The notes under the pieces: model-generated
What the model was told of the DNA's origin: nothing
The model's database searches: none
Seen by the model: only the letters and a program-made list of their open reading frames with translations
Assembly: GCA_045576475.1 (NCBI GenBank)
Contig: JAZNGP010000006.1
Location: forward strand, 1,115-65,114
Origin: Bacillus sp. (in: firmicutes)
GTDB taxonomy: Bacteria > Bacillota > Bacilli > Bacillales > DSM-1321
Direction: 5' to 3'
Length of the DNA stretch: 64,000 nt
Shown: in pieces, positions 30,529 through 42,964 of the stretch
Layout: each line of letters begins with the position of its first letter
Position numbering within the stretch: the stretch's first letter is position 1
Position numbers and translations under genes: made by a program

Positions 30529-32940
30529 TTATCCTCTAAGCTCGGCGCCCGCTTTTTCTTTTACAGCAGCCAGCACTTTATCATGCGCTTTCGTTACTTC
30601 TTCATCCGTCATTGTTTTGTCCGGATCTTGGTATTTCAAAGAGAAAGCGATGGATTTCTTGCCTGCTTCCATCTTATCCCCTTCATAAAGGTCAAATACA
30701 GAAACATCCGTCAGCAGTCTTCCGCCAGCTTCCACGATTACGCTGCGGATCTCTCCGACAATCGCATCTTTATCCACCACAAGTGCGATATCGCGGGTAA
30801 TGGATGGATAACGCGGAATTGATTGATAAGCGATAAGCGTTGTTTCCTTATTAAGCAGCTGTTTTAAGCAAAGCTCAAAAACAAATGTTTCTTTTAGATC
30901 ATGCTGCTTTTCGACATTTGGATGCACTTGGCCCACATATCCGATATAACGGCCATCAAGCGTGATTGCCGCTGTTCTGCCCGGATGCATTCCTTCAAGG
31001 GCAGCAGCCGAGAAAGCGATTTGATCCGCTAAGCCAAGCTTCGTGAACAAGCCTTCTAAGATTCCTTTTGCCACAAAGAAATCAACAGCTTTCTTCTCAC
31101 CTTGCCATAATTGCGTATGCCATGAACCAGTGATGATACCCGCGGCATGTTCTCTTTCCTCCGGCAGTACTTCTTCTGTATCCAAGAAGATGGTGCCGAC
31201 TTCATACAAAGCGACGCTGTCATTTTGCCTTGCCACATTGTATTGGGCCGCTTCAAGCAGCTGCGGCACAAGACTTTGGCGAAGCGTGCTTCTTTCTTCA
31301 CTCATCGGCATCGCCAGTTTCACTGTTTCCTTTTTCTCCAATGCGAAGGCAGTCGCTTTGTCCGGTGAAGTCAACGCATATGTGATTGCTTGATAGAGAC
31401 CTGCTCCTTCTAGATATCTGCGGACCGTGCGGCGCTTCTCTTGATAAGGAGACAATCTGCCGGCAGTGCCGCTTGCATTCGGCAATGTTTTAGGAATGTT
31501 GTCGTAGCCGTACATACGGGCCACTTCTTCCACAAGATCTTCCGGAATGGTGATATCTCCTCGGCGTGAAGGTACAGTTACTGTGATGGAGTCCCCATCA
31601 ACGGAAGTTTCGAATTTCAGCGCAGAGAAAATGGCTTCCACTTCCTCCATTTTGATATCCGTTCCGAGCAATGTATTGATTTTCTCCACTGTGATTGTGA
31701 CCACAGCCGGTTCCACATTTAATGTATTTACTTCTACTGTTCCGGAAAGCACTGTTCCGCCAGCGTATTCCGCCATCAAAGCAGCAGCACGCTCACCAGC
31801 TGCACGGACACGTTCCGGATCCACTCCTTTTTCATATCGAGCGCTCGCTTCGCTTCGCAATCCAAGCTCTTTTGACGTACGTCTGATGGAAGAACTTGCG
31901 AAGTATGCAGACTCAAGCAGGACGGTTGTAGTCGATTCATCCACTTCCGTATTCGCTCCGCCCATGACACCGGCAAGTGCGATTGGTTCCGTTCCGTTTG
32001 TGATGACCAGATGATGGGGCTCCAAACTGCGTTCCGCTTCATCCAATGTCACCAATTTCTCTCCAGCTTTCGCTTCTCTGACTACAATCTTGCCTGAACC
32101 GACTTTATCGTAATCGAATGCATGCAAAGGCTGACCGTATTCAAGCAATACGTAGTTGGTGATATCGACCACATTATTATGCGGACGGATGCCTGCTGCC
32201 ATCAATGTTGTCTGCATCCATAATGGAGATGGACCGACTTTCACATCTTTGATGACCTTAGCCGTGTATAGAGGCGCCGCTTCAGGAGCTTCGACCTCGA
32301 CAGTGATCATGCTGTCTGCTGTCTTTTCCTCTTCTTCCAACGAAATTTCCGGCCATTTGACTTCTTTACGCAGGATGGCTGCCACTTCATACGCCACTCC
32401 CAGCATGCTTAAACAATCTGAGCGATTCGGAGTAAGACTCAACTCTAAGATTTCATCATCCAAATTCAATTGCTCCAGCGCATCCTTGCCGACTTCCACA
32501 TCATCAGGAAACACAAAGATTCCCGTACTATAATCTTTGGCGATGAGCTTGCTTTCAAAGCCTAATTCCTGCAAGGAGCAGATCATGCCATGTGATGCTT
32601 CCCCGCGAAGTTTTGCTTTCTTGATTTTAAAGTTCCCCGGAAGGACCGCTCCTACAGTCGCTACAGCCACTTTTTGACCGGCGTCCACATTTGCCGCTCC
32701 ACAGACAATCTGAACCGGTTCTTCAGCACCGATATCCACTTGGCATACATTCAGCTTATCCGCTTGCGGATGCTTGACCTTCTCTTGGACATAGCCGACC
32801 ACAACGCCTTTGATTCCTTCGCTCTTCTTTTCGACACCTTCTACTTCTATTCCGCCTTTTGTGATTTTGTCGGCCAGCTCAGCTGCTGAAATCCCATCCA
32901 AATCCACATATTGTTGAAGCCATTTATATGAAACAAACAT
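30529..32940 (-). CDS. pheT: Phenylalanine-tRNA ligase beta subunit
   Basis: tRNA-binding OB fold (VCGA..KLRG), [10 protein letters not shown]-terminal FDX-ACB domain. Confidence 0.98.
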   Translation of the reverse strand: MFVSYKWLQQYVDLDGISAAELADKITKGGIEVEGVEKKSEGIKGVVVGYVQEKVKHPQADKLNVCQVDIGAEEPVQIVCGAANVDAGQKVAVATVGAVLPGNFKIKKAKLRGEASHGMICSLQELGFESKLIAKDYSTGIFVFPDDVEVGKDALEQLNLDDEILELSLTPNRSDCLSMLGVAYEVAAILRKEVKWPEISLEEEEKTADSMITVEVEAPEAAPLYTAKVIKDVKVGPSPLWMQTTLMAAGIRPHNNVVDITNYVLLEYGQPLHAFDYDKVGSGKIVVREAKAGEKLVTLDEAERSLEPHHLVITNGTEPIALAGVMGGANTEVDESTTTVLLESAYFASSSIRRTSKELGLRSEASARYEKGVDPERVRAAGERAAALMAEYAGGTVLSGTVEVNTLNVEPAVVTITVEKINTLLGTDIKMEEVEAIFSALKFETSVDGDSITVTVPSRRGDITIPEDLVEEVARMYGYDNIPKTLPNASGTAGRLSPYQEKRRTVRRYLEGAGLYQAITYALTSPDKATAFALEKKETVKLAMPMSEERSTLRQSLVPQLLEAAQYNVARQNDSVALYEVGTIFLDTEEVLPEEREHAAGIITGSWHTQLWQGEKKAVDFFVAKGILEGLFTKLGLADQIAFSAAALEGMHPGRTAAITLDGRYIGYVGQVHPNVEKQHDLKETFVFELCLKQLLNKETTLIAYQSIPRYPSITRDIALVVDKDAIVGEIRSVIVEAGGRLLTDVSVFDLYEGDKMEAGKKSIAFSLKYQDPDKTMTDEEVTKAHDKVLAAVKEKAGAELRG

Positions 32941-32959
32941 GTTTTATTCCCTCCTCTAT

Positions 32960-34000
32960 TTATCCTTCTTGACGGCTGAACTGCTTCAGGAACCGTATAT
33001 CATTGCTGTAGAAATGTCTGATATCATCGATTCCGTATTTCAGCATCGCGATTCGTTCAACACCCATACCGAAAGCGAATCCTGAATAGATCTCAGGGTC
33101 GAAACCGGACATTCTCAGAACGTTCGGGTGCACCATACCGGCTCCAAGCACTTCAATCCAGCCTGTGCCTTTACATACATTACAGCCTTTGCCTGAACAG
33201 ATTTTACAAGAAATATCCACTTCGACAGAAGGCTCCGTGAACGGGAAGAAGCTTGGACGAAGACGGATTTCCCGCTCTTGACCGAACATTTTCTTCGCGA
33301 ACACTTCCAATGTCCCGGATAAGTCGCTCATGCTGATTTTTGTATCCACGACAAGTCCTTCAATTTGCATGAATTGATGGGAGTGTGTCGCATCATCATT
33401 GTCGCGTCGGTATACTTTCCCCGGACAAATGATCTTGACAGGCCCTTTCCCGGATGCCGCCAGCATCGTCCGTACCTGCACCGGTGATGTGTGTGTGCGC
33501 AGCAATGTCTCTTCGGTGATGTAGAAGCTATCCTGCATATCACGGGCAGGATGGCCTTTAGGAAGGTTCAATGCCTCGAAGTTATAATAATCCTGCTCGA
33601 CTTCCAATCCTTCCGCCACTTCATATCCCATTCCGATGAACATGTCTTCGATTTCTTCCACGACTTTCGTCATCGGATGATGGCTGCCGACTTTCACTTC
33701 ATACCCAGGAAGTGTGACATCGATTGTTTCGGCTGCCAATTTAGCCGCAACTGCCGCTTCTTCAAGGATTGCTTGCTTCTGTTCGATGCTGTTCGCAATC
33801 TCTTCACGGATGACATTCACCAGCGCCCCCATTTTCGGGCGTTCTTCGGCAGATAATTTCCCCATGCCGCGAAGCACTTCTGTGATTGGTCCTTTTTTCC
33901 CTAGATAAGCGACACGGATTTCATTCAATTCTTTCAGATCGGCAGATGCTTCAATCTTTGTCAAAGCTTCTTCCTGCAGTTGTTTCAACTTTTCCTGCAT
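32960..34000 (-). CDS. pheS: Phenylalanine-tRNA ligase alpha subunit
   Basis: [28 protein letters not shown] and [10 protein letters not shown] motifs. Confidence 0.98.
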   Translation of the reverse strand: MQEKLKQLQEEALTKIEASADLKELNEIRVAYLGKKGPITEVLRGMGKLSAEERPKMGALVNVIREEIANSIEQKQAILEEAAVAAKLAAETIDVTLPGYEVKVGSHHPMTKVVEEIEDMFIGMGYEVAEGLEVEQDYYNFEALNLPKGHPARDMQDSFYITEETLLRTHTSPVQVRTMLAASGKGPVKIICPGKVYRRDNDDATHSHQFMQIEGLVVDTKISMSDLSGTLEVFAKKMFGQEREIRLRPSFFPFTEPSVEVDISCKICSGKGCNVCKGTGWIEVLGAGMVHPNVLRMSGFDPEIYSGFAFGMGVERIAMLKYGIDDIRHFYSNDIRFLKQFSRQEG

Positions 34001-34047
34001 AATCATTTCCTCCTTTTGACCTTTCGGTATGTACTATTTTGGGGCAT

Positions 34048-34312
34048 AAAAAAACCTCATCCCTTCTATAGAAAAGGGACGAGGATATCGTCGCGGTACC
34101 ACCCTTAGTTCATGCACAGAAACCTGTGCATATCTTCATTGACTTAACGGCCGCTAAAGACCGGAGCATCTTTACGCAGTACAACCTGCGGTCCCGATGT
34201 CAGCTCGAGAGGTGAACTTCACTCATTCCTCCGATGAAGATGCTTCCAGTCTGCGGCATCTTCTCCCTGTTTCCTTCAGAAAGAGTTACTCTTCTCTGTC
34301 ATAGCCTTTACA
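34048..34312 (-). ncRNA. T-box riboswitch (Phe)
   Basis: T-box AAGGGTGGTACCGCG (34092-34106), AG box, GCTG motif, specifier TTC (34214-16), terminator 34048-34084. Confidence 0.93.
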
Positions 34313-34359
34313 TATAGTTCCTATCTATTATATTGAATTTCATGGCGGGGTGCAACTCT

Positions 34360-35100
34360 TTATAAGCTGTATAAAAGTACTCCTGCCGCCACCGTGACAT
34401 TCAATGACTCGGCTTGGCCATGGATCGGGATATAGACATTTTGGTCACAGATTCCCAGTATTTCCTCCGACACTCCATTCCCTTCGTTACCGACGACAAG
34501 CGCATACCGTTCCGCACGTTCCGCTTGCCTATAATCAACCGCATCCTGAAGCGACGTCCCGAACACTTTCACTCCTTGCTTCTTCAGCATAGGGATGAAC
34601 TCCTCCAAGTCCGCTTTCAGTACTGGCAGATGAAAGATGCTTCCTTGTGTGGAGCGCAGTGATTTTCCATTATATACATCCACACAGCCATTACCGCAGA
34701 CTACCGCATCTATGCCTGCCGCATCGGCTGTTCGGATCAACGTCCCAATATTGCCGGGATCCTGGATACCATCAAGCAATAACATCTTTTGATACATATC
34801 ATCATCTTGGACTTTCTTATCGCATACGGCAAAAATACCTTGCGATGTTTCGGTATCCGCCAATTCTTTGACAACTGAGGCAGTTGTGTTATACAACTCA
34901 AGCCCATCCACCATCCAGCTTTGCGGCAGATCCGCATTTTCGTTCTTGATGATGGCTGTGACTGCTCCCGCTTTCAATGCTTCTTCGACTAAATGATACC
35001 CTTCGACCAGGAATTGACCAGACTTGTCTCTTCCTTTTTTGGTCAGAAGCTTCTTCCATGATTTCACTTTTTCATTTTGTACAGACTGAATGAATTTCAT
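34360..35100 (-). CDS. ysgA: TrmH/SpoU-family RNA methyltransferase
   Basis: IQDPGNIGTLIR, VVGNEGNGV and AESLNV motifs. Confidence 0.92.
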   Translation of the reverse strand: MKFIQSVQNEKVKSWKKLLTKKGRDKSGQFLVEGYHLVEEALKAGAVTAIIKNENADLPQSWMVDGLELYNTTASVVKELADTETSQGIFAVCDKKVQDDDMYQKMLLLDGIQDPGNIGTLIRTADAAGIDAVVCGNGCVDVYNGKSLRSTQGSIFHLPVLKADLEEFIPMLKKQGVKVFGTSLQDAVDYRQAERAERYALVVGNEGNGVSEEILGICDQNVYIPIHGQAESLNVTVAAGVLLYSL

Positions 35101-35216
35101 CCGTTCAATAACTCCTTTTTCTTTCCGATTGTCCTATTATATCCTATAGAGCATACATAATAAATCGGACTACGGCAAAAAATAAGCTGAAGCTTGCAGT
35201 TAAGGAGGAATACGAT

Positions 35217-35426
35217 ATGGGATTGAATTTAAGGAATGCCATTCTTCACAATGTTTCGAACAACAGCCAAGATCAGCTGAAGGACACGATTGTCGATGCC
35301 ATCCAAAGCGGCGAAGAAAAGATGCTTCCGGGGCTCGGTGTATTATTCGAGGTCATCTGGCAGAATGCATCGTCCGAGGAACAGCAAGAGATGCTGAGCA
35401 CATTGGAAGACGGACTAAGGAAATGA
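35217..35426 (+). CDS. sspI: Small acid-soluble spore protein SspI
   Basis: [33 protein letters not shown]. Confidence 0.96.
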   Translation: MGLNLRNAILHNVSNNSQDQLKDTIVDAIQSGEEKMLPGLGVLFEVIWQNASSEEQQEMLSTLEDGLRK

Positions 35427-35484
35427 CAGCCGTAATGGCTGTTTTTTTATGCAAAAAAAACTCCGGAAAATCCGGAGCTTCCGA

Positions 35485-36570
35485 TCAATTATAAGTGATG
35501 TCATTGACTTGGTCTTGATCTAACCTCTTGATTACTTCCGTTAGGAGCTTCACTGTATTTTCGTAGTCATCCCTGTGAAGGATGGCTGCATGTGAATGGA
35601 TGTAACGGGTTGGGATTGTGATGGTAAGGGCGGGAACCCCGTTACCGGCCACATGGATACTGCCGGAGTCCGTTCCGCCTCTTGGCATCGTATCATATTG
35701 ATATGGAATCTGCATCTCATCCGCTACCGCAGTAACGAAGTCGCGCAGCCCTTTATGGCCGACCATCGATGAATCATACAATACAATCCCAGGGCCTTTG
35801 CCGAGTTTCCCCATTGCTTCTTTCACGCTTACACCAGGAGTATCACCGGCAATACCTACATCAACAGCGAAAGCCAAATCCGGCAGGATGCTTTGAGCCG
35901 CTGTTTTCGCCCCTCGAAGACCGACTTCTTCCTGGACTGTTCCCGTTCCGTACACAATATTCGGATGCTGTTCATCATGAAGATTCTTCATCACATCGAT
36001 CGCGATCGCACAGCCGATCCGGTTATCCCATGCTTTAGCCATCAACATTTTCGGATTGTTCATGACAGTGAATTCAAAGGCTGGAACCACCATATCCCCC
36101 GGGCGGATCCCCCATGCCTTCGCCTCTTCACTGGACTCGGCGCCTACATCAATGAAGATATCGGTCATTTCCACCGGTTTTTTTCTCGCTTCCGGCGTCA
36201 ATACATGAGGCGGCTTGCTTCCGATGATGCCGGTCACATCGCCTTTGCTCGTCACAATCGTCACACGCTGCGCGAGCATGACTTGCGTCCACCATCCTCC
36301 CAAAGTCTGAAAGTAGACGAAGCCTTTCTCATCGATCCGGGTCACCATAAAGCCCACTTCGTCCAAATGGCCCGCCACCATAATCTTCGGTCCGTTCCCT
36401 TTCCCGTTTTTCTTCGCGATCAAGCTTCCAAGACCGTCTGTCTGTACTTCATCCGCATAAGGTGAAATATACTTTCGCATAACATCTCTTGCTTCTTTTT
36501 CATTTCCCGGTACACCTTTTGCATCTGTCAGTTCTTTCAGCATCTTAAGTGTGTCGTCTAAGGTTGTCAT
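35485..36570 (-). CDS. ysdC: M42-family aminopeptidase
   Basis: [25 protein letters not shown] and RYIHSH motifs; start ATG 36570 behind GGAGG. Confidence 0.93.
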   Translation of the reverse strand: MTTLDDTLKMLKELTDAKGVPGNEKEARDVMRKYISPYADEVQTDGLGSLIAKKNGKGNGPKIMVAGHLDEVGFMVTRIDEKGFVYFQTLGGWWTQVMLAQRVTIVTSKGDVTGIIGSKPPHVLTPEARKKPVEMTDIFIDVGAESSEEAKAWGIRPGDMVVPAFEFTVMNNPKMLMAKAWDNRIGCAIAIDVMKNLHDEQHPNIVYGTGTVQEEVGLRGAKTAAQSILPDLAFAVDVGIAGDTPGVSVKEAMGKLGKGPGIVLYDSSMVGHKGLRDFVTAVADEMQIPYQYDTMPRGGTDSGSIHVAGNGVPALTITIPTRYIHSHAAILHRDDYENTVKLLTEVIKRLDQDQVNDITYN

Positions 36571-36626
36571 TTCTTTCGCCTCCAAGCAGACTTCTGCTGT
36601 TTTTTTATGTACATCGCTTTGCAGGA

Positions 36627-37121
36627 TCAATAGCCTTCTTTTTGACGGCTGTAGTTCACATCATTTTTGCTGATATACGCTTTTTCAATTTCCTCCGCTG
36701 TATAGCCCAGTAAGCTTCCGAGATGGAGATATTGGCTGAAGAGAATCTTGTATGCTTCAAACGACTGTTTGACGTTGAAGATGTTCACCGCTTCATATAT
36801 GCGCAAGAACTGGGAAGTCAAGTCCTGTTCCCCGCCAAAGATCGGCAATTCGTTCTTCAATTTCTCTTCGTATTTCATCTCGATTCCAAGCGACAAGATA
36901 AAGTGAATGCCATCCACATATTCTTCCAAAATCACATCTTGTGATGACGGACCTTTTAAACTCCAGAATTTAAAGCATCTTGTTTCATTGGCCAGTTCGC
37001 CAAGTTCCACAAGAAGTGCAAGCGTTTTTTTCTCAACCAAATCCGTCTGCTCCAGCTGATGTGTCTGCTGAATATGACGATCTAAATCTCGCTGCATGTT
37101 AAAGAGCTTCTGTATATTCAT
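36627..37121 (-). CDS. Dimeric (all-alpha) dUTPase family protein
   Basis: [27 protein letters not shown] and Y..KN..N..RQ..GY motifs of the dUTPase_2 family. Confidence 0.88.
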   Translation of the reverse strand: MNIQKLFNMQRDLDRHIQQTHQLEQTDLVEKKTLALLVELGELANETRCFKFWSLKGPSSQDVILEEYVDGIHFILSLGIEMKYEEKLKNELPIFGGEQDLTSQFLRIYEAVNIFNVKQSFEAYKILFSQYLHLGSLLGYTAEEIEKAYISKNDVNYSRQKEGY

Positions 37122-37134
37122 GTATGTCTCCTTT

Positions 37135-37413
37135 TTAATTGAATTGCATCAGGACATAGGCAAAAACAATGATTTGAAGAACGGCCAAAAATGGAAGGAT
37201 GACCCTGAAGTTCAAATGTTTCGTTTTATGCCTGAATGTGAACATCCCTGCAGCCGTCCCTGATGCCCCGCCGATGCATGCAAGCAGCCAAATGGTCCTC
37301 TCCGGAATCCTGTAACGGCCCTTAACTGCCTTTTGCTTATCTATTTTCATTATAATGAAACCGAGGATATTTATGAATAACATATAAACCCAAATCAACT
37401 CGATCTTCCTCAC
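37135..37413 (-). CDS. ysdA: DUF1294 membrane protein
   Basis: DKxKA..RIPE..L..GG..G...FRHKTKH motif. Confidence 0.9.
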   Translation of the reverse strand: MRKIELIWVYMLFINILGFIIMKIDKQKAVKGRYRIPERTIWLLACIGGASGTAAGMFTFRHKTKHLNFRVILPFLAVLQIIVFAYVLMQFN

Positions 37414-37541
37414 CCGCTTTTATCTGCCCGCTGAACGCTGAGCTTCTTTAGAAATTTCTTATTGTTATTCTTTGAACTAAAACCTTTTATAAAGGATGCT
37501 TTCAAAGACTCAATGCTTTTGAGCAGGTTTTAAATTGTAGT

Positions 37542-37650
37542 GATCCATCCGCTCCAGGACGCTCGCTTTCCGCAGGGCGGGCGGTGAGCCTCCTCCTTCG
37601 TGCTTAGGTCTCACCCTGCCCGCTGATCCTGCAGGAGTCTCGCACCTTTC
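37542..37650. repeat. Intergenic repeat, copy B
   Basis: Shares the 45-nt core with copy A; aligns over its length with the reverse complement of copy C. Confidence 0.88.
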
Positions 37651-37878
37651 GCTAAGTATTCAACATATGATGACAGATTTATTTCGTAACAATCTTCAGT
37701 TGTTCAGTGACAACACTGGGGTAATACATAGCCCCCAAAAACAAGATCTAACTACATTCTATACTAGGCATCATAGCACTTCAAAGTTAAAGCATAAATA
37801 GCAGTCGGCTTCTTTTGAGTAAACTTAAGGCCACTCCGATGTTTCAGTAAATCACATCAATCCTCAGCTGATTGCAGT

Positions 37879-37992
37879 GAAAGGTGCGCAGACTCCTGCT
37901 CAGACAAGCGTGTCAAGAGAGACCCCGCAGCGCGAAGCGTGAGGAGGCACGCGAGACCGCCCGCGGAAAGCGAAGCACCTGTAACGGAAATC
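37879..37992. repeat. Intergenic repeat, copy C (opposite orientation to B)
   Basis: GAAAGGTGCGCAGACTCCTGC..GAGGAGGC..CCGCCCGCGGAAAGCGAAGC..CGGAAATC; matches the reverse complement of B (GAAAGGTGCGAGACTCCTGC..). Confidence 0.85.
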
Positions 37993-38112
37993 CGCTTCAC
38001 AATACATGCAGAATCCAACACCCTGAATCGCTCAAGTATACGAACAGATTACAAGAAAAAAAGACCATCCCCCAAAGGGAATGGTCTATCGGAACAACTC
38101 AGAGAGTCATTC

Positions 38113-38472
38113 TTATTTATCGAATTGTTGTTTAGCTGTGTTTGCCAATTCAGTGAATGCCTTAGCATCAGCAACAGCCAAGTCAGCTAGCATCTTGCGG
38201 TTCACTTCGATACCTGCAAGCTTCAAGCCATGCATCAAACGGCTGTAAGAAAGACCGTTCATGCGAGCAGCTGCATTGATACGAGTAATCCATAGTTTGC
38301 GGAAGTCGCGTTTTTTCTGGCGACGGTCGCGGAATGCATACATTTGGGATTTCATAACTTGCTGGTTAGCAACTTTGAATAATGTATGTTTTGAACCATA
38401 ATAACCTTTTGCTAATTTAAGAACTCTTTTACGACGTTTGCGCGTAACAGTACCGCCTTTTACACGTGGCAT
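38113..38472 (-). CDS. rplT: 50S ribosomal protein L20
   Basis: [25 protein letters not shown]. Confidence 0.99.
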   Translation of the reverse strand: MPRVKGGTVTRKRRKRVLKLAKGYYGSKHTLFKVANQQVMKSQMYAFRDRRQKKRDFRKLWITRINAAARMNGLSYSRLMHGLKLAGIEVNRKMLADLAVADAKAFTELANTAKQQFDK

Positions 38473-38507
38473 GTAATTCCCTCCTATATAAATCGATCAA
38501 CGATTCA

Positions 38508-38708
38508 TTACTTAATGTTGTCTAACATGTGGCGAATGCGTTTGAAATCGCCTTTGCTTACTAGGCTTGCTTTACGTAGTTTACGTTTTTGTTTAGTTGA
38601 TTTGTTAGCGAATAAATGGCTTGTGTATGCATTTGAACGCTTAAGTTTACCAGAACCTGTTTTCTTGAAACGCTTAGCAGATCCGCGGTGAGTTTTCATT
38701 TTAGGCAT
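38508..38708 (-). CDS. rpmI: 50S ribosomal protein L35
   Basis: [21 protein letters not shown]. Confidence 0.99.
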   Translation of the reverse strand: MPKMKTHRGSAKRFKKTGSGKLKRSNAYTSHLFANKSTKQKRKLRKASLVSKGDFKRIRHMLDNIK

Positions 38709-38738
38709 ATGGATTTCCTCCTCAATACAATCTAGAAA

Positions 38739-39254
38739 TTACTTTTCTGCTTTCGGTGCTAAGATTAAGAACATGCTGCGTCCGTCCATTTTAGGAGCTT
38801 GCTCTACAGTCGCATATTCTGTGCATTCTGCAGAGAAACGGTCCAATACGCGCTGTCCGATCTCTTTATGAGTAATCGCACGACCTTTAAAGCGAATGGA
38901 TGCTTTTACTTTATCTCCCTTTTGCAGGAATTTATGAGCATTACGAAGCTTTGTATTAAAGTCATGTTCATCAATTGTCGGGCTCAGGCGAACCTCTTTC
39001 AAACTGATGATCTTTTGATTCTTACGTGCTTCTTTCTCTTTCTTCTGAAGCTCAAAACGATACTTACCGTAGTCCATGATACGGGCTACCGGCGGTTTTG
39101 CGTTTGGAGCTACAAGCACAACATCAAGATTTACACGAGCGGCAATATCCAGAGCTTCGAATTTTGTCTTAATACCCAATTGTTCTCCGTTTTGGTCAAT
39201 CAGACGAACTTCGCGGGCACGGATGCCCTCGTTTACCATCATGTCTTTACTAAT
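38739..39254 (-). CDS. infC: Translation initiation factor IF-3 (ATT start)
   Basis: GGAGGTGG followed by ATT AGT AAA GAC ATG; [12 protein letters not shown] and IRFKGR motifs; the AUU start is the known autoregulatory feature. Confidence 0.97.
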   Translation of the reverse strand: MSKDMMVNEGIRAREVRLIDQNGEQLGIKTKFEALDIAARVNLDVVLVAPNAKPPVARIMDYGKYRFELQKKEKEARKNQKIISLKEVRLSPTIDEHDFNTKLRNAHKFLQKGDKVKASIRFKGRAITHKEIGQRVLDRFSAECTEYATVEQAPKMDGRSMFLILAPKAEK

Positions 39255-39319
39255 AGTTAGCCACCTCCAAGGGTTATTTCTGAATACATTCGTTTGAGTA
39301 AGAAAAAAACAAATCCGCA

Positions 39320-39460
39320 TAAAAAAAGTGTGCATGTTGATTTCAGACAACACCCACACTGATAGTAGACTAATTAGACAAAATGTCCATTAAGAAAACC
39401 AAGACCTGTAAACTGCATATGGCGTTACCAGGTGAGAAGCGGGTGCTCCTTCTTTTTCCT
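39320..39460 (-). ncRNA. L20 leader (infC-rpmI-rplT autoregulatory RNA)
   Basis: GCACCCGCTTCTCACCTG..CAGG..AGTGTGGGTG followed by terminator GTGTGGGTGTTG/CAACATGCACAC + T7. Confidence 0.85.
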
Positions 39461-39488
39461 CAAAGAAGTATTCAATTAATACCTTAGA

Positions 39489-39517
39489 ATTATATAACAA
39501 TGTCATCGACATGTCAA
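39489..39517 (-). promoter_or_regulatory. SigA promoter of the infC operon
   Basis: Perfect TTGACA-17 nt-TATAAT. Confidence 0.9.
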
Positions 39518-39659
39518 TTTCTAAACTATTTTTCAACAACAGAACTAATATTATCAAAGAGATGATTATATTGCAACCTTTTTTGATGAAATTCTATAAG
39601 GAAGACCCCGATCTTCCATTCACGTGGAAAACGGGGCCTATCTTAGTCAGCTGATATAT

Positions 39660-41591
39660 TCAGCGTGCAACTTCCGCCAAGATTGTCTTTTTGAAGTCTT
39701 CAAATGAAACCGTCTCCGATTTTTGCTCTCCGTATTTACGGACATTGACGGCATTCTCTTCCACTTCTTTGTCCCCGACAACAAGCATGTAAGGGATTTT
39801 TTGCATTTGTGCTTCACGGATTTTATAGCCGATTTTCTCATTCCGTTGATCCAGATCCACCCGTAGTCCTGCGGCACGCAATTTCTCTTGTACTTCCATT
39901 GCATAATCAAGGTGCACATCAGGCGATACAGGGATGACTTGTACTTGCACAGGTGCCAGCCATGTAGGGAAAGCTCCTTTGTATTCTTCGATCAAGAAGG
40001 CCACGAATCGCTCCATTGTGGAAACAACCCCGCGGTGGATAACAACCGGACGATGCTGTTTGCCGTCTTCGCCGACATATGTCAAATCAAAGCGTTCAGG
40101 CAATAGGAAATCAAGCTGGACAGTTGATAATGTTTCCTCTTTTCCTAGAGCTGTCTTTACTTGGATATCCACTTTAGGACCGTAGAATGCCGCTTCCCCT
40201 TCCGCTTCGAAATACGGCAGTCCCAGCTCATCCATTGTTTCTTTCAGCATAGCCTGCGCTTTTTCCCACATTGTATCGTCATCATAGTATTTCTCTGTAT
40301 TTTCAGGGTCACGATACGACAGGCGGAATGTGTAGTCCGTGAGATTGAAATCTTTGTACACTTCCAGCACAAGATTGACCACGCGTTTGAATTCCTCTTT
40401 GATTTGGTCTGGACGAACAAAAATATGGGCGTCATTCAATGTCATTCCTCGTACACGCTGAAGGCCGGATAGTGCTCCGCTCATTTCATAACGATGCATC
40501 ATACCTAGTTCTGCGATGCGGATCGGAAGCTCACGATAGCTGTGAATGTCATTTTTATATACCATCATATGATGCGGACAGTTCATCGGGCGAAGCACCA
40601 ATGTCTCATTATCCATCTCCATCGGCGGGAACATGTCATCTTTGTAATGTTCCCAGTGTCCGGAAGTCTGGTACAATTCTTTGCTTCCCAAAACCGGCGT
40701 ATATACATGTTCATAGCCCAAACGTTCTTCTTTATCGACAATATAACGCTCGATCACACGGCGGATTGTTGCTCCTTTCGGCAACCATAGCGGCATCCCC
40801 TGCCCGACTTTTTGCGAGTTCGTGAAGAGGTTCAATTCCTTCCCGATTTTTCGGTGGTCGCGTTCTTTCGCTTCCTCCAGCAGGCGAAGATGCTCCGCAA
40901 GATCTTCTTTCTTAAAGAATGCTGTACCATAAATACGCTGCAGCATTTTATTGTCGCTGTTTCCGCGCCAGTATGCGCCAGCCACGCTCAACAGTTTGAA
41001 TTCCTTGATTTTCCCTGTTGATGGAACATGCACTCCCCGGCAAAGGTCGGCGAAATCTCCTTGTTCATAAATCGTCACTTTTTCATCCGCAGGAATCGCA
41101 CCGATCAGCTCGACTTTATACTCATCGTCCTTGAAAAATTCCAAAGCTTCATCACGAGTGACTTCTTTACGTTTAATTTCTATATTTTCGTTGACGATTT
41201 TCTTCATTTCTTTCTCAATTGCAGGCAGATCATCTGTTGAAATCGGAGTCTCCACATCTATGTCGTAGTAGAAACCGCCTTCGATGACAGGGCCCACACC
41301 CAATTTCACATTATCTTTCCCATAAATTCGTTTCACTGCCTGCGCCATAAGATGGGCCGTGCTGTGGCGAAGTACTTCTAGAGCTTCCGCTGAATCGGCA
41401 GTGATGATTTCAATGGATGCGTCCTCTTCCAATGGTCTTTTCAGATCAAACATTTCACCGTTCACTTTACCGGCGATTGCTTTTTTTCTGAGCCCCGGGC
41501 TGATTGAGGCTGCTATATCTTCAATGGTTGTTCCATTCGCGAACTCCTTGATTGAGCCGTCTGGAAATGTGATCTTCAATTGTTCTGACAT
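39660..41591 (-). CDS. thrS: Threonine-tRNA ligase
   Basis: TGS domain, [24 protein letters not shown] and [12 protein letters not shown] motifs; start ATG 41591. Confidence 0.98.
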   Translation of the reverse strand: MSEQLKITFPDGSIKEFANGTTIEDIAASISPGLRKKAIAGKVNGEMFDLKRPLEEDASIEIITADSAEALEVLRHSTAHLMAQAVKRIYGKDNVKLGVGPVIEGGFYYDIDVETPISTDDLPAIEKEMKKIVNENIEIKRKEVTRDEALEFFKDDEYKVELIGAIPADEKVTIYEQGDFADLCRGVHVPSTGKIKEFKLLSVAGAYWRGNSDNKMLQRIYGTAFFKKEDLAEHLRLLEEAKERDHRKIGKELNLFTNSQKVGQGMPLWLPKGATIRRVIERYIVDKEERLGYEHVYTPVLGSKELYQTSGHWEHYKDDMFPPMEMDNETLVLRPMNCPHHMMVYKNDIHSYRELPIRIAELGMMHRYEMSGALSGLQRVRGMTLNDAHIFVRPDQIKEEFKRVVNLVLEVYKDFNLTDYTFRLSYRDPENTEKYYDDDTMWEKAQAMLKETMDELGLPYFEAEGEAAFYGPKVDIQVKTALGKEETLSTVQLDFLLPERFDLTYVGEDGKQHRPVVIHRGVVSTMERFVAFLIEEYKGAFPTWLAPVQVQVIPVSPDVHLDYAMEVQEKLRAAGLRVDLDQRNEKIGYKIREAQMQKIPYMLVVGDKEVEENAVNVRKYGEQKSETVSFEDFKKTILAEVAR

Positions 41592-41627
41592 GTTAACATC
41601 CTCCTGATTTTGAATTTTGTGCAAAAC

Positions 41628-41880
41628 AAAAAGCCCGCCCCTGTACATACGTACAGGGACGAGCTGTATAAATTAACCCGCGGTTCCACCCTGGTTTCAT
41701 CCCTATTTACATAGGACGACACCTCAAACTGATAACGGCAGTGTCCGTCAACCATTACTGTTCATTTCACGGCTGAAGTTTAAAGGCGGTAAACAACTTG
41801 CTAGGATGGGAAGCTTGCAGCACATGTCTTCCCTCTCTGTGAACCATCACAATATGTTCATGTCCTCATCATTACTTGTT
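41628..41880 (-). ncRNA. T-box riboswitch (Thr)
   Basis: AGGGTGGAACCGCG (41679-92), AGAGAGGG/GCTG stem I motifs, ACC specifier candidate, terminator 41628-41664. Confidence 0.92.
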
Positions 41881-41966
41881 TTCATATAATTGCTGTTGAT
41901 ATGTAAGATATTATAAATTGTAATGTATGTAAAAGCAAGCGGCGTTTTTTTGTTTGGGGATGGATG

Positions 41967-42806
41967 TCATTTTTGGCTTTCCAATTGACATAGCGGAAGC
42001 ACGGAGACCCTTTCTTCAAAGATACGTTCAATCGTAGAAATCAGCGGATGGGCTTCCTCCATACAGTAAATGATCAATTGCTCCGGTGCGATACAGATCA
42101 AAGGCGCCAGCACATGGGAGTCGATGTACATCGGATAATCCGCGAACATCTTCCGGTCGACATACCCGTTCACCTCAGATCTCGTCATCACCATCATATC
42201 ATCTCTATAAAACTCGAATGAATGATGCTGTTTAAGATAAAGCTTCTCGAGCTTCGGCTTGTTATTCAGAAGATGCGTCCTAAGCAAATGGATGAAGCTT
42301 TGATAATCCTGCTCCATCTTATACTCATCGATGGCATCCTCCACAAATGCGGACAATTTATCAAGGATCCCTTTCATCCGGAACGTCAGGAATGACGGAA
42401 AGGAAAATGACACTTTTCTCTCCAGAACTGAAACGAGCCCATGATGGATTTTGAATTTCAACTCGCTCCAGAAAGCCTGGTTTTTTTTGTTGTCTTCTTG
42501 CATCAACATAATCGCCAGTTCAGCAATCTGGTCGCATTCTGCTTCGTCCCTGTAAAAAAATTTATCCCGAATGATCGTCACAAGCCAATTATGCAAAAGA
42601 TCCTCTTGAATGAAGGAAACAAACGTCTCTCTCATCGAATGCAGCAAAGACGGCGGATAACCGTTCCCGGGATCCGTATCAATGGAAATCGAGCGATCTC
42701 CGTCATACGTTATATATAAATGCAGACCTGCTAAGTCAGGCCGACGGGAAATGATTTGCATAAATCGTTCCGCCTGCTGCAGCGTCTCTAAGTGTACTTG
42801 TACCAA
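41967..42806 (-). CDS. ytxC: Sporulation protein YtxC
   Basis: SFLTFRM..AIDEYKMEQDYQSFI..PLICIAPE..IFEERV; synteny dnaI-ytxC-thrS. Confidence 0.88.
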   Translation of the reverse strand: MVQVHLETLQQAERFMQIISRRPDLAGLHLYITYDGDRSISIDTDPGNGYPPSLLHSMRETFVSFIQEDLLHNWLVTIIRDKFFYRDEAECDQIAELAIMLMQEDNKKNQAFWSELKFKIHHGLVSVLERKVSFSFPSFLTFRMKGILDKLSAFVEDAIDEYKMEQDYQSFIHLLRTHLLNNKPKLEKLYLKQHHSFEFYRDDMMVMTRSEVNGYVDRKMFADYPMYIDSHVLAPLICIAPEQLIIYCMEEAHPLISTIERIFEERVSVLPLCQLESQK

Positions 42807-42964
42807 ACATACCCCTCCTAGCCCTTCTGTTCCCTATATGTATATGGGCGGTTCGGTTCATTTAGAAGCAAGAAGTACATAAAAGGATGGATGCGCCGCA
42901 TACCCGGCCGGCACTGATCAATGAACGAAAAAAACCGCTGAAATTAGTTCAGCGGTTTGTCGTA

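Noticed and set aside
37884-38190. Two 83-aa plus-strand ORFs
   Set aside because: Translations of repeat copy C running antisense into rplT
39252-39254. ATT start of infC and the extra C-terminal domain of Pyk
   Set aside because: Real but well known; listed as features, not discoveries
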